A stretch of DNA of 64,000 nucleotides from Candidatus Omnitrophota bacterium (GCA_003140935.1 PLLJ01000039.1:12007-76006), one strand, 5' to 3'. Shown: positions 46,845-60,594, counted from the stretch's first letter. Notes: generated by a model from the sequence alone, not told the origin. Program-made: numbers and translations.

Positions 46845-47221
46845 GCCCAAGCTCCTGCTTTTTTGAAAAGACCGACAAGGTCTTTTTCCACGACCGAAAA
46901 AGGAGGTCTCGCTTGTGCGCGGCGAACCTTCACTAAGCAACTCGCCTCTGGCCGGAGGCGCGCTTGGTGTTCCCGAAAGATCTCCCGAACGCGTCGCTTC
47001 CAAAGATTCCGTCCGATCGCTGTCGGCTCCGTTTTCCGGCTTACGACAATTCCAATCGCGGGCCTTTTTTTCGGCCTCGCTTGTCCTTTGTCGTCTCGCG
47101 TGCCGACCCATAAATAAAAGTATTCCCCCCGAGCGAACTGTCCTTTTTCGACGAGGTGTTTGAAGGTTGTTTGCCGGCGGATGCGCTGATCCGAGCCGAG
47201 CCGCTTCCTTGGCTCCAACAC
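46841..47221 (-). CDS. rnpA: Ribonuclease P protein component
   Basis: GIVVSRK…AIGRNLWKRRVREIFR (RNR motif); lies between rpmH and yidD. Confidence 0.9.
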   Translation of the reverse strand: MLEPRKRLGSDQRIRRQTTFKHLVEKGQFARGEYFYLWVGTRDDKGQARPKKRPAIGIVVSRKTEPTAIGRNLWKRRVREIFREHQARLRPEASCLVKVRRAQARPPFSVVEKDLVGLFKKAGAWA

Positions 47222-47359
47222 TTATACTTGGGTTAGCTTTTTCCGGCCCTTTTTCCGACGGCGCGCAAGGACTTTTCGTCCCCCGGCGGTCCTCGTACGG
47301 GCAAGAAAGCCGTGCTTGTTACGACGTTTTCTCTTGGAAGGCTGGTATGTTCTTTTCAT
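47222..47359 (-). CDS. rpmH: 50S ribosomal protein L34
   Basis: Read manually: [45 protein letters not shown] (45 aa, below the ORF-track cutoff). Confidence 0.97.
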   Translation of the reverse strand: MKRTYQPSKRKRRNKHGFLARTRTAGGRKVLARRRKKGRKKLTQV

Positions 47360-47476
47360 GAGGCGTGGATTATAGTGAAGTTCGTTTGTAATATCCAGCG
47401 TTTTGTTTTAGCCGGGTAAGAAACATTTCCGTTTTTTTCCGTCTCGTTTTTCTTCGAAAAAAAATTATCTTGTTCG

Positions 47477-47504
47477 TAGACAAAAACCTTTTTTGTTGTA
47501 GAAT
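47477..47504 (+). promoter_or_regulatory. Candidate sigma70 promoter for dnaA
   Basis: TAGACA-16 nt-TAGAAT. Confidence 0.45.
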
Positions 47505-47570
47505 GCGTCCTCTGGCATGTTGCGTTCGCCCTTATCTTCGGGCGAGCGTTTATTTTGTCATATTTTTTGC

Positions 47571-47677
47571 TGTGGAAAACATGTTTATAAGCTATTTATG
47601 ATTTTTGGCTTTTTTTTAATTCCAGAAATACAGTATTAATAAAAATAAAGTTTTTCTTATTAATAAGTTGTTCATAA
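47571..47677. promoter_or_regulatory. DnaA boxes upstream of dnaA (left part of oriC or autoregulatory)
   Basis: TGTGGAAAA 47571-47579 (perfect TTWTNCACA on the minus strand); TGTTTATAA 47582-47590 and TGTTCATAA 47669-47677 (1 mismatch each); AT-rich context. Confidence 0.6.
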
Positions 47678-47699
47678 CTATGGAAGGACCTGCGCGCGC

Positions 47700-49052
47700 G
47701 TGAGTCTGCCTCTTTCTTCACCTCCGGACGCCTCTTTGGTGTCGCTTTGGAAGAAAATTTGCGCTCTTCTCTCGCAAGAATTAAGCGAACAGTCTTTCAA
47801 AACCTGGTTTGAGCCAGTCTCTCTCTTGGGAGTTTCGGCCGACTCTCTGACTATAAGTGTTCCCGACCAATACTACGGAAAATGGCTTGAGAATCACTAT
47901 CAGAACCTTATTCTTTCTTCCGCCGAGGAGGTTCTCGGGCATCCCTTGCGGATTGTTTATCAGGTGGTGGAGCCGCCTCAAGCCGTCCCTACGCTCCCGA
48001 GCCCATCTCCTGCGAAAGGAAAGGAGGAGGGCTTTTCGGGGCTTAACCAGAGATATACTTTTGATGCTTTTGTTATTGGTCCCGGAAATCGTTTTGCCCA
48101 TGCGGCTTCGGTCGCGGTAAGCGAGTCTCCCGCCAAACAATACAATCCTCTCTTTATTTATGGCCCCACGGGTCTCGGAAAAACCCATCTCCTGCATTCT
48201 ATCGCTAATGCGACGGTCCGGCGCCATCCGGAGTTTAAGATCCTGTATATATCCAGTGAAAAGTTCACCAATCAGTTGATCTCGGCTATCCAAACGAAAA
48301 CAACGCCTCAATTTCGAGCAAAATATCGATCGCTCGATCTTTTACTAATAGACGATGTCCATTTTATCGCTGAAAAAAACTCTACACAGGAAGAATTTTT
48401 CAACACTTTTAATACCCTTTACGACGCTCACAAGCAAATTGTGGTCACAAGTGATCGTCCACCCAGAGAGATCCCAGGACTGGAAGAGAGGTTGGTGTCT
48501 CGTTTCGGTTGGGGTTTGGTCACGGATATCCAGCCGCCGGACTTTGAAACGCGCGTGGCTATTTTAAAGAAAAAAATGGAGCTGGAAACCGTTGTGGTGC
48601 CTGATGATGTGGCTTATTTTATCGCGGAAAAAATCAAGTCGAATATCCGAGAATTGGAGGGCGCTCTTATCCGGGTGGTGGCCTACTGCACGCTCACTGA
48701 TTCTAAAGTTGATGTCCGTCTTGCCCAGGAAATTTTAAAAGACTCCTTTAAAGAAGAGGCGCAAAAATTCACTATAGAAGGCATCCAAAAAACAGTGGCG
48801 GATTATTTTAACGTGAAGGTTTCGGATCTTAGGGCTAAAAGAAGGACGGTCTCTATTGTTCGCCCGCGACAAATAGCTATGTATCTTGTCCGGGAATTAA
48901 CCTCTCATTCCTTGCCTGAAATTGGAGAATTTTTTGGAGGGAAAGATCATACCACTGTTCTTCATTCTTGTAATAAAATCGCCGCGGAAAGAGATCGGGA
49001 TGTTGCGGTGCGTATTTTACTGGATAAACTTATTGGGTTGTTAAAAAGATAG
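47700..49052 (+). CDS. dnaA: Chromosomal replication initiator DnaA
   Basis: YNPLFIYGPTGLGKTHL, LLIDD, QEEFFNTFN, NIRELEGAL, RQIAMYL, GGKDHTTV. Confidence 0.99.
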   Translation: MSLPLSSPPDASLVSLWKKICALLSQELSEQSFKTWFEPVSLLGVSADSLTISVPDQYYGKWLENHYQNLILSSAEEVLGHPLRIVYQVVEPPQAVPTLPSPSPAKGKEEGFSGLNQRYTFDAFVIGPGNRFAHAASVAVSESPAKQYNPLFIYGPTGLGKTHLLHSIANATVRRHPEFKILYISSEKFTNQLISAIQTKTTPQFRAKYRSLDLLLIDDVHFIAEKNSTQEEFFNTFNTLYDAHKQIVVTSDRPPREIPGLEERLVSRFGWGLVTDIQPPDFETRVAILKKKMELETVVVPDDVAYFIAEKIKSNIRELEGALIRVVAYCTLTDSKVDVRLAQEILKDSFKEEAQKFTIEGIQKTVADYFNVKVSDLRAKRRTVSIVRPRQIAMYLVRELTSHSLPEIGEFFGGKDHTTVLHSCNKIAAERDRDVAVRILLDKLIGLLKR

Positions 49053-49184
49053 TTTTTTTCCCACAAGAAAAAATTTTTATATCTCGTTCTTTTTGAAATA
49101 GTTGTGTAGGATATCCACAAATCCACAGAGCTTATTACTAAGGTTACTATTTTTAAAAATAGAATAATAAAAGAAGGAGTTTGT
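49053..49184. other. oriC unwinding region (DnaA boxes, DnaA-trio-like repeats, AT-rich DUE)
   Basis: TTTCCCACA 49057-49065; overlapping ATATCCACA/AAATCCACA 49111-49127; GAGC; TAT-TAC-TAA-GGT-TAC-TAT 49133-49150; then an AT run. Confidence 0.8.
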
Positions 49185-50285
49185 ATGGAAATAAAGGTGC
49201 AAAAAAGCGAATTGTTAAAAAAAATCAGCTTGGGGGCGAACATCGCAGCATCAAAACCAAGCACTCTTCCTATTTTAAATAACTTTTTACTTGAAACACA
49301 GAAAGACGGAAAACTTAAAATCGTCGCAACAGACATGGAGGTGGGGATATCAACCCTTTTACCCGTGGAAGTGCTCCAAGGAGGAAGCATTACTGTCCCG
49401 GCGAGGAAATTTTTTGACATTATTAAAGAACTTCCAGAGGGGAATGTTGAAATAAGCGTTACTAAGAACAATACTATTAATATTAAATCAGGAAAATCTA
49501 ATTTTAAAATTCTAGGGCTCGATAAAGAGGAATACCCTAAATTACCAGAATTTTCTCTTGAGGGGGCAATAGAGTTGGAGCAAGCAGTTGTGAAGGAGAG
49601 CCTCTTGTTAACTTCTTTTGCGATTTCTCATGACGAAACCAGATATGTTTTAAACGGGGTTCTTCTTTGTATTCAAGGGAGCCAGATCCGGTTTGTAGCT
49701 ACGGATGGTAGAAGATTGGCTTTTTATAAGAAAGAAACAAAACAAAAAAACACTAAAAACGTAGAGATGATTATTCCCTCAAAAACCATTCATGAACTCT
49801 TAAAACTTTTAGAGTGGGAGGGGGTGGTCAAAATTATTTGTGCCCAAAATAAGGTTATTTTTTGTTTTGAGGACACCTATCTCACTTCCAGCCTTATAGA
49901 GGGGAATTTCCCTAATTACGATCAAGTAATTCCCAAAGAAGAAAAAACCCAAGTTCAAGCGAACCGGGAAGAATTTCTTCAAGCGGTCCGCCGCGCCTCT
50001 CTTTTAACTTCTCCCGAAGCCCCCGCGCTTAAGTTTGATTTTATAAAAAACAAAATTATTGTTTCCGCAAAAACGCCCAATATGGGGGAGGCAAAAGAAG
50101 AACTCTCGGCAGACTTTAAAGGGGAGGAAATCACCATAGGCTTCAACCCCGGGTATTTCTTAGACGTCTTAAAAAATCTTTCCGACGAGAACATCAGCAT
50201 TTCCTTAACAAGTCCCGATAAGCCGGGGCTGATCAGGGGGCGCGAAGGATATCTTTACGTGATCATGCCGATGCAACTCAACTAG
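49185..50285 (+). CDS. dnaN: DNA polymerase III beta clamp
   Basis: ATDME, RYVLNGV, ATDGRRL, LIEGNFPNY, GFNP.Y, VIMPM. Confidence 0.98.
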   Translation: MEIKVQKSELLKKISLGANIAASKPSTLPILNNFLLETQKDGKLKIVATDMEVGISTLLPVEVLQGGSITVPARKFFDIIKELPEGNVEISVTKNNTINIKSGKSNFKILGLDKEEYPKLPEFSLEGAIELEQAVVKESLLLTSFAISHDETRYVLNGVLLCIQGSQIRFVATDGRRLAFYKKETKQKNTKNVEMIIPSKTIHELLKLLEWEGVVKIICAQNKVIFCFEDTYLTSSLIEGNFPNYDQVIPKEEKTQVQANREEFLQAVRRASLLTSPEAPALKFDFIKNKIIVSAKTPNMGEAKEELSADFKGEEITIGFNPGYFLDVLKNLSDENISISLTSPDKPGLIRGREGYLYVIMPMQLN

Positions 50286-50318
50286 CTTGGGAAAAGGACG
50301 ATAATAGAACGGTTTATT

Positions 50319-53172
<2,854 letters not shown>

Positions 53173-53196
53173 TAAAGGAGAAAAAGGAAAGCTATC

Positions 53197-55710
53197 ATGG
53201 CAGAAGAAAAAAATTTATATGCGATGAATGAAAAGATCATCCTCCGGCCGATCGAAGAGGAGATGAAAGATTCTTACATCGACTACGCGATGTCAGTCAT
53301 TGTCGGCCGCGCCCTGCCGGACGTTCGCGACGGATTGAAGCCCGTGCACCGGCGTATTTTGTTCGCCATGAACGATCTTGGAATCACGCACAGCAAGGCC
53401 TACAAGAAATCCGCCCGCATCGTCGGAGAAGTGCTCGGTAAATACCATCCGCACGGCGATACCGCGGTCTATGATTCGATGGTCCGCATGGCGCAAGATT
53501 TTTCGCTTCGCTACCCGTTGGTGGAAGGGCAGGGAAACTTCGGCTCTATAGATGGCGATAGTGCCGCGGCCATGCGTTACACCGAGGCCCGGCTTTCAAG
53601 CATCAGCAACGAACTCTTAACCGATATTGATAAAGACACGGTTGACTTCGTCCCGAATTTTGACGAGTCTCTCGTCGAGCCGTCGCTTCTGCCTTCCAAG
53701 CTTCCCACCTTGTTGGTCAATGGTTCCACCGGGATCGCGGTCGGCATGGCGACTAACATCCCGCCGCACAATTTGACCGAGATCTCAAAGGCGATGATTG
53801 CGACGATCGACAATCCCGATGTGACCATTAAGGAGCTTTCCAAAATTGTGGTGGGTCCGGATTTTCCTACCGCGGGGCTTATTGTCGGGCGCGAAGGGAT
53901 CAAGCGGGCCTACGAGACCGGCCGCGGGCAGGTGGTTATGCGCGCCAAAGCAGCGATCGAAACCGGGCGCAATAAAAAAGACGCCATCATCATTACCGAG
54001 ATCCCTTACCAGGTCAACAAAACGAATCTGATCGAGACGATCGTGCGGTTGGTGGAAGACAAGAAGATCGAAGGCGTTTCCGACCTCCGGGACGAATCGG
54101 ACCGGGACGGTATGCGCGTCGTGATCGAGCTCAAGAAAGACGCTATCCCCCAGGTGATTTTGAATAATCTTTACAAGCATACTCAATTACAATCATCCTT
54201 CGGCGTGATCATGCTTGCTCTGGTCGATGGCCAGCCGCGCGTTCTTACACTAAAACAAATGATAGAGCACTTTATCGATTTTCGCGTCACGGTCATTATG
54301 CGGCGGACAAGGTTTGAACTGGACAAGGCGGAAAAGCGCGCCCACATTCTCGAAGGCTACAAAAAAGCGATCGCGAACATCGACAAAGTCATCAAGATCA
54401 TCCGCACGTCCAAGAGCCCGGAGCTTGCCAAAGAAGGGCTGATGAAAGCCCTCAAGCTGACGGAAATCCAAGCGAAGGCCATTCTCGAACTCCAACTTCA
54501 GCGGCTTACGCAGCTTGAGCGGCTGAAAATCGACGAAGAATATCTCGAACTGATCAAAAAGATTGAATACTACAAGTCGGTCCTCAAAAGCCGGCGCAAG
54601 GTTCTCGACATCATCAAGGAAGAGACGCTCGAGATCCTCAAGAAATACGGGGACGAACGTCGGACGCAGATCGTCGCCGCGGAAGGCGATATCGACATCG
54701 AGGACCTGATCGCGCAGGAAGACGTGCTCATTACGATCTCGCACGCCGGTTACATCAAACGCATTCCAGTCTCCATGTATCGCAGACAGAATCGCGGAGG
54801 AAGCGGAGTGTCGGGCGCGGGTGTCCGCGACGATGAAGACTTCATCGAGCACCTGTTCCTTGCCTCGACGCATGACTTCATCATGTTTTTCACCAACCAG
54901 GGGCGCGTGTATTGGCGCAAAGCTTACGACATCCCGCAGGCCTCGCGCCAGGCTAAGGGGAAAGCGATCGTCAACTTTCTTTCCCTCACGCAGAACGAAC
55001 AGGTTTCCGGATTTTTACAGGTCAAGGAATTCGACGACAAGCGGTATGTGCTCATGGTGACCGCCAAGGGCGTGATCAAAAAAACCAACCTAATCGAATA
55101 TTCGCGGCCGCGCTCCACCGGGATCAATGCCATCACCTTGCGCGACAAGGACGAGTTGGTAGCTTGTAAGATCACCTCCGGCAAAGACGAGATCTTTATC
55201 GCGACTCGCGACGGCAAAGCCATTCGCTTCCGGGAAGACAATGTCCGCGAAATGGGCCGCAATGCGACCGGGGTGCGGGGAGTCAATTTGTCGAAGGGCG
55301 ACGAAGTGATCGCGGCTGAGATCGTGAACCCCAAAGCGACGGCGCTTACCGTTACCCAGAATGGTTTTGGCAAAAAGACGCTTTTTGCCCAATACCGCGT
55401 ACAGTCCCGCGGCGGCAAAGGCATCATTAATATCAAGGTTTCCGACAAGAACGGCAAGGTGGTGAACGTCCTGACCGTTGCCGAGGAGGACGAGATCATC
55501 ATCGTGACCACAAGCGGGATGGTCGTACGGTGCCCCGTCAGCCAGATCCGTACTTCCGGTCGCAACGCCGTCGGCGTTCATGTAATGCGCCTTAAAGACA
55601 AGGACAAAATCGCCTCCGCCACGCGCGTAGTCGCCAAGGAAGAAGAAGCCGACGCGAACCAGCTCGAGCTTTTGAAAGACAAGGCTCCGGCGAAGAAAAG
55701 TTCCAAATAG
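53197..55710 (+). CDS. gyrA: DNA gyrase subunit A
   Basis: RALPD.RDGLKPV, YHPHGD, AAMRYTE, GyrA-box QNRGGSG, C-terminal pinwheel repeats. Confidence 0.98.
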   Translation: MAEEKNLYAMNEKIILRPIEEEMKDSYIDYAMSVIVGRALPDVRDGLKPVHRRILFAMNDLGITHSKAYKKSARIVGEVLGKYHPHGDTAVYDSMVRMAQDFSLRYPLVEGQGNFGSIDGDSAAAMRYTEARLSSISNELLTDIDKDTVDFVPNFDESLVEPSLLPSKLPTLLVNGSTGIAVGMATNIPPHNLTEISKAMIATIDNPDVTIKELSKIVVGPDFPTAGLIVGREGIKRAYETGRGQVVMRAKAAIETGRNKKDAIIITEIPYQVNKTNLIETIVRLVEDKKIEGVSDLRDESDRDGMRVVIELKKDAIPQVILNNLYKHTQLQSSFGVIMLALVDGQPRVLTLKQMIEHFIDFRVTVIMRRTRFELDKAEKRAHILEGYKKAIANIDKVIKIIRTSKSPELAKEGLMKALKLTEIQAKAILELQLQRLTQLERLKIDEEYLELIKKIEYYKSVLKSRRKVLDIIKEETLEILKKYGDERRTQIVAAEGDIDIEDLIAQEDVLITISHAGYIKRIPVSMYRRQNRGGSGVSGAGVRDDEDFIEHLFLASTHDFIMFFTNQGRVYWRKAYDIPQASRQAKGKAIVNFLSLTQNEQVSGFLQVKEFDDKRYVLMVTAKGVIKKTNLIEYSRPRSTGINAITLRDKDELVACKITSGKDEIFIATRDGKAIRFREDNVREMGRNATGVRGVNLSKGDEVIAAEIVNPKATALTVTQNGFGKKTLFAQYRVQSRGGKGIINIKVSDKNGKVVNVLTVAEEDEIIIVTTSGMVVRCPVSQIRTSGRNAVGVHVMRLKDKDKIASATRVVAKEEEADANQLELLKDKAPAKKSSK

Positions 55711-55723
55711 GAGTTTCCACCCA

Positions 55724-56998
55724 GTGCTCGACCTAAAATTCATCCGCGAAAATCCCGATCAGGTTGCCCGAGGAATCGAAGCCAAGGGTGCCTCGGCCGA
55801 CCTCCAAGCTCTTCTGGACTTCGACCAGGAAAAGAGGGCTCTCCTGAAGCAGAGTGAGGAGCTTAAGGCCCGGAGGAACTCCGTAAGCGATACAGTCGCT
55901 CGAGTGAAAGCATCGCAAGGGAAGCTTCCTGACGAAATAATCACTGAAATGAAGACTGTGTCCCAGAAAATAGCTATTTTTGACGCCAAAGTGGGGGATT
56001 TGTCTGAAAAAATAGACAAGATATTGCTTTCAATCCCTAATTTGCCACTAAGTGATGTTCCTGTCTGCAAGGGAAACGAGGGTAATAAAACAGTCCGGAC
56101 ATGGGGCGAGCCGCGCAAAATAAGTTTTAAGGCTAAAGATCACCTCGAATTGGCCTCACAGCTTGGGCTTTTCTCCATGGAGAAGGGAAGCAAAATCACA
56201 GGGGCGGGTTTTCCCGTCTATTTCGGAATGGGCGCCAGGCTGGAGAGGGCCCTGATCAGCTTTATGATAGACCTTCATGTTAAAAAGCACGGTTATACCG
56301 AGGTCTGGGCTCCGGCCATTGTGAACCGCGCCTCTATGCGCGGGACCGGTCAGATCCCGAAAATGGAAGAAGATATGTACGCCTTGGCGGCGGGAGAGGG
56401 GGAAGAAAAAGGCTCTTATTTCCTCATCCCGACTGCGGAAGTTCCCATCACCAATCTCATGCGCGACGAGACGCTCGAGGAAAAAGACCTGCCTATTAAA
56501 TATACGGGCTATACCCCCTGTTTCCGGAAAGAGGCTGGCTCTTATGGAAAGGACACCCGAGGGCTCTCTCGCGTTCATCAGTTTGATAAGGTTGAAATGG
56601 TAAAATTCGTAAAACCGGAAGGTTCTTTGCAGGAATTAGAATCTCTTGTTAAGGACGCGGAGGATGTCCTACAGGCGCTGGAGCTTCCCTACCGAGTTGT
56701 TTTGCTTGGAAGCGGGGACATGAGTTTTGCGGCGGCGAAGTGTTTCGATCTCGAGGTTTGGGCCCCGGCGACCCAGAAATGGTTCGAGGTTTCGAGCTGC
56801 AGTCTTTTTACGGACTTCCAGGCGCGACGGATGAATATCCGTTACAGGAACGCCGCGACCAAGAAACTGGAGTTTGTTCACACCCTCAACGGTTCCGGAC
56901 TGGCGCTGGCCAGGATCGTCCTTTGCCTTCTTGAGAATTTTCAGGACCCCAACGGGCAAATTGTTTTTCCGAAAGCGCTTCAGCCCTATCTGAACTGA
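55724..56998 (+). CDS. serS: Serine--tRNA ligase
   Basis: MLDLKFIREN, LIPTAEVP, FRKEAGS.G.DTRG..RVHQF, EVSSCS, HTLNGSGLA. Confidence 0.98.
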   Translation: MLDLKFIRENPDQVARGIEAKGASADLQALLDFDQEKRALLKQSEELKARRNSVSDTVARVKASQGKLPDEIITEMKTVSQKIAIFDAKVGDLSEKIDKILLSIPNLPLSDVPVCKGNEGNKTVRTWGEPRKISFKAKDHLELASQLGLFSMEKGSKITGAGFPVYFGMGARLERALISFMIDLHVKKHGYTEVWAPAIVNRASMRGTGQIPKMEEDMYALAAGEGEEKGSYFLIPTAEVPITNLMRDETLEEKDLPIKYTGYTPCFRKEAGSYGKDTRGLSRVHQFDKVEMVKFVKPEGSLQELESLVKDAEDVLQALELPYRVVLLGSGDMSFAAAKCFDLEVWAPATQKWFEVSSCSLFTDFQARRMNIRYRNAATKKLEFVHTLNGSGLALARIVLCLLENFQDPNGQIVFPKALQPYLN

Positions 56999-57062
56999 CC
57001 GGGACTATTTTCGCCCCTTGATTATTCTTCCCGGAAAACATAGACTTTACCGCGTTTTTTAA

Positions 57063-57154
57063 GGAGAGATGCCGGAGCGGTTGAACGGGCGCGCCTGGAA
57101 AGTGCGTAGGCCTCGAAAGGGGTCTCCAGGGTTCGAATCCCTGTCTCTCCGCCA
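57063..57154 (+). tRNA. tRNA-Ser (GGA)
   Basis: GGAGAGA…TCTCTCC-G-CCA acceptor, anticodon loop CT-GGA-AA, long variable arm, GGTTCGAATCC. Confidence 0.96.
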
Positions 57155-57307
57155 TGTTTTCCATATATAGCAAATAGCAAACACTTTTCCGACCACGTTT
57201 TTATGAGAGATCCTTTCAGAAGGTGGCGGACGCGAGCCACGCATCGGGCTTGCCCGGGCCGAGAACCGTGAAATTGAGAAAGCGGGAACCTGGAGGAATA
57301 AGACCGA

Positions 57308-59362
57308 GTGATTCTTCAATACGTTGATCCGGGGAGCGGGTACGCTTTCTTGAATATGAGCGCGTGGCTGATCGCGCTTTTGGCAGGGTTTTTTGGGGCA
57401 TTCCTTTTCTTTTTTCGGAGAATATTTCGGTTCATAAAAAAACACAAAGGACCGCTGGTCGCGGGAATCCTCCTGCTGATCTTGGCGGGGACGCTTATAG
57501 GAGTGTTCATGACAAAGCCAGCGACGTCATTCGACAAAAAAGTCATTGTTCTGGGCATGGATGCGTTGAGCCCGAAGATCATCGAGCCGATGATCCAGCG
57601 GGGGAAGCTGCCCCATTTTGCCCGCCTCAAGGCCATGGGTTCTTATGACCGTCTGGCAACGACCAACCCGCCGCAGTCCCCGGTGGCCTGGGCGGCTTTC
57701 GCGACCGGTAAAAATCCCGGAAAGAACGGGATCTTCGACTTCATTAAAAGGAACCCCAAAACTTACGGGGTGGAACTTGTTTTTTCCGAGATGGACCGTG
57801 GCCGGCCCGCCCGCGCTTTAAAAGCCAAAGGATTTTGGGATTACACTTCCAAGCGCAAGGTTCCCGCCGTCGTGCTGGCCTGCCCGGACACTTTCCCTGC
57901 GGACAAGATTTTCGGGAAAATGCTTTCCGGCATGGGAGTCCCCGATATTCTGGGAACACAGGGGACATTCACTTTTTATACCTCCGAGCCGCTGAACGCA
58001 GGACAGGAAACGGGCGGGAAGGTTTTCTCCGCTTCCAAAGCGCCGATCCAGACGATGCATCTTATCGGCCCGAGAATGGCGGGACCCGGAGACACTCCCG
58101 CGAATGTTCGCGTTCCCTTTAAGCTGACTTTACAAGGTAAAAACCGCGCCGCGGTTGAATTCCAGAATAAAAGAACGGAACTGGAAGTGGGTCAATGGAG
58201 CGGCTGGAACGAAGTCGAATTCAACCTGGGTTTCTTCAAGAAAGCCAGGGGGATATTTAAATTTTATCTTGTCGAGACCGAACCGGAATTCAAGCTCTAT
58301 ATCAGTCCGATCAATTTTGATCCCCGGAGCCCTCTTTTCCCGATCTCTTATCCGGCGAACTATAGCCGGGAGCTCGCGGATCACCTCGGGCTTTACTACA
58401 CCCAGGGGATGCCTATGGACACCTGGGCTTTGAACGAAAAACGGCTTTCAGAAAAGGTCTTCCTTCAACAAGCCGAGGACGTTCTCAAGGAAAGAAAAGC
58501 GATGCTCGATCTCGAACTTGGCAGGTTCAAAGGGGGCATCTTGTTTTGTTATTTCGAATCCGTGGACATTATCCAGCATATGTTCTGGCGCTACACGGAT
58601 CCTCAACATCCTTTGTACGATAAAGACGCGGCGGAGGAATACAAACAAGAGATCGAAGCATGGTACAAACGCATGGATGATGTCCTCGGGGACGTCTTAG
58701 AAAAACTGGGACCGCAAGACACGCTGATCGTATTGTCCGACCACGGCTTCGGGGCCTTTCGAAGAACGGTTCATTTGAACAACTGGTTGGCGGAAAAAGG
58801 ATACCTCGTCCGGAAGGATTCCGGAGCAGCGTCCGGACAGACGTTGCTGAACGGGATCGACTGGTCAAGGACCAAGGCTTACGCGCTGGGCTTCGGGGGT
58901 ATTTACATCAACCAGAAGGACAGGGAATCCCAAGGAGTCGTGGAACCCGGCGAAGAAACAAAGGCTCTTAAGGATAAAATAGCCAAAGAGCTCGAAGCCT
59001 GGAACGACGAAAAATACGCCGCGCCCGTCGCCAAGAACGTCTACAGACAGGAAAATATTTTCCGGGGACCCTATGCCAAAGAGGCTCCGGACCTTTACGT
59101 CGGCTTTAGTCCCGGATACCGCGCCTCGTGGCAAACGGCCGTAGGGGGAATGGGGACAGGGCTTATCGAGGACAATCTTAAAAAATGGTCCGGCGACCAT
59201 CTGTTCGATCCCGCCACTGTTCCGGGCGTGATCTTTTCGAATAAAAAGATCGTTCAAACGAAGCCTTCGCTTTGCGATATCACGCCAACGATCCTGAAAG
59301 CCTCAGGGTACACCAACGAAGAGATCAAGGAGTGCGACTTTGACGGAAAGCCGTTGTTTTGA
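57308..59362 (+). CDS. Membrane-anchored alkaline-phosphatase-superfamily (nucleotide pyrophosphatase/phosphodiesterase-like) protein
   Basis: Two N-terminal TMs after YVDPGSG; LGMDA, PPQSPVAW..F.TG.NPG, D.IQH, LSDHGF, SGDH, DITPTIL. Confidence 0.85.
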   Translation: MILQYVDPGSGYAFLNMSAWLIALLAGFFGAFLFFFRRIFRFIKKHKGPLVAGILLLILAGTLIGVFMTKPATSFDKKVIVLGMDALSPKIIEPMIQRGKLPHFARLKAMGSYDRLATTNPPQSPVAWAAFATGKNPGKNGIFDFIKRNPKTYGVELVFSEMDRGRPARALKAKGFWDYTSKRKVPAVVLACPDTFPADKIFGKMLSGMGVPDILGTQGTFTFYTSEPLNAGQETGGKVFSASKAPIQTMHLIGPRMAGPGDTPANVRVPFKLTLQGKNRAAVEFQNKRTELEVGQWSGWNEVEFNLGFFKKARGIFKFYLVETEPEFKLYISPINFDPRSPLFPISYPANYSRELADHLGLYYTQGMPMDTWALNEKRLSEKVFLQQAEDVLKERKAMLDLELGRFKGGILFCYFESVDIIQHMFWRYTDPQHPLYDKDAAEEYKQEIEAWYKRMDDVLGDVLEKLGPQDTLIVLSDHGFGAFRRTVHLNNWLAEKGYLVRKDSGAASGQTLLNGIDWSRTKAYALGFGGIYINQKDRESQGVVEPGEETKALKDKIAKELEAWNDEKYAAPVAKNVYRQENIFRGPYAKEAPDLYVGFSPGYRASWQTAVGGMGTGLIEDNLKKWSGDHLFDPATVPGVIFSNKKIVQTKPSLCDITPTILKASGYTNEEIKECDFDGKPLF

Positions 59363-59364
59363 TA

Positions 59365-60594
59365 TCAGGAAATAATACCCGCGCCTTGTACCCGAAGGTC
59401 CTGTTCGATCACGAACCTTCCTAGCCCGTTCAGGGGCCCGGACCCTTCAACGATCGCGGGTTTTTCTGTCACGAAGCTTACCGCACCGGTCTCGTTCACC
59501 TTCAACTGGCAAGCGTTCGCCTCCAAGACCTCTAGCGTCGAAGAATTCATTCTGTTCCGGATCCCGGTGACGCGACCGCGCAACTCCTGAGTAGCGCAGC
59601 GCAGGGTTACGGGCGCACCGACCTTTAGCGGAAGATCGCTGATCCAAAAAACATTTCCAGAAAAACAAGTCGTTGGGGCAAGTGAACACTTGTTTTCTAC
59701 GATCACCTCACCCCGCGAAACCGGGACGGAGCCTTTGAGGACCAAGCCGATGCTTTCTCCCGCGGCAGCCTTCTTAGGGGACTTTCCAAAAGCCTCAATA
59801 GACCTGATCGCGGCGCTTTGCATCGAAGGCAGGAGCATGACCCTCTGGCCGGCAGAAACCTGCCCTGACAAGACCTGCCCGACCAGGATCTTTTGGCCTT
59901 GGATCTCATAAACGTCTTGAACGGGAAAACGGAGGCACGCGCGGGAAGAATTAACCACGGGCGCCAGGGCCTCCAGGGCTTCGAGGAGCGTAGGCCCCCG
60001 ATACCAGCGGGTCTGCGGACTCTTTTTTGAAATATTCACGCTTTCCTTGGCGGAGACCGGAATAACATTCAGGGGTTGGACGTTCAAATCTCTAAAAAAT
60101 TTCATCAAAGCAGCTTTTTTCTCGACAAAAGCAGCCTTTTCATACTTCACGAGATCCATCTTGTTGAAAACAACGATCAGTTTTTTGATGCCGAGCATGT
60201 CTATGAGAAAGGCGTGACGGCGGGTTTGCTCCTGAAGACCCTCAAGGACATCCACAATGAGGATCGCAGCATCCGCCTGGGTGGCACCGGTGAGCATGTT
60301 TTTAATAAATTCCACATGCCCCGGGGAATCGATGATCACATAATGGGCCTTCTGAGTTTTAAGGAAGACTTGGGTCGTATCGATCGTCATGTTATTTTCG
60401 CGTTCTTCCCGGAACTGATCCGTCAGATACGCCAACTCCGCTTCCTTGCCAAGATCCTTGCTGATGCTTTTGATCTCTTTCATCTTTCCGTCGGGAAGGG
60501 AATGGGTATCCAGAAGCAACCTGCCGAGCAACGTCGATTTTCCGTGGTCGACATGCCCGACCAAAGCGACTTTAAGAAGAGGGCGGCTCATCAC
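59365..60594 (-). CDS. cysN: Sulfate adenylyltransferase subunit 1 (GTPase), no fused APS kinase
   Basis: GHVDHGKSTL.GRLL, TID, DSPGH, NKMD, RFPVQDV; directly downstream of cysD. Confidence 0.88.
   Translation of the reverse strand: MMSRPLLKVALVGHVDHGKSTLLGRLLLDTHSLPDGKMKEIKSISKDLGKEAELAYLTDQFREERENNMTIDTTQVFLKTQKAHYVIIDSPGHVEFIKNMLTGATQADAAILIVDVLEGLQEQTRRHAFLIDMLGIKKLIVVFNKMDLVKYEKAAFVEKKAALMKFFRDLNVQPLNVIPVSAKESVNISKKSPQTRWYRGPTLLEALEALAPVVNSSRACLRFPVQDVYEIQGQKILVGQVLSGQVSAGQRVMLLPSMQSAAIRSIEAFGKSPKKAAAGESIGLVLKGSVPVSRGEVIVENKCSLAPTTCFSGNVFWISDLPLKVGAPVTLRCATQELRGRVTGIRNRMNSSTLEVLEANACQLKVNETGAVSFVTEKPAIVEGSGPLNGLGRFVIEQDLRVQGAGIIS

Noticed and set aside
41900-50300. AT-rich parA and dnaN as horizontally acquired DNA
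   Set aside because: These are core genes in canonical origin synteny, so the compositional shift is better explained by origin/parS proximity.
57155-57307. Possible third tRNA-associated element after tRNA-Ser(GGA)
   Set aside because: No inverted or direct copy of GAATCCCTGTCTCTCCG and no GGGTGGCC core.
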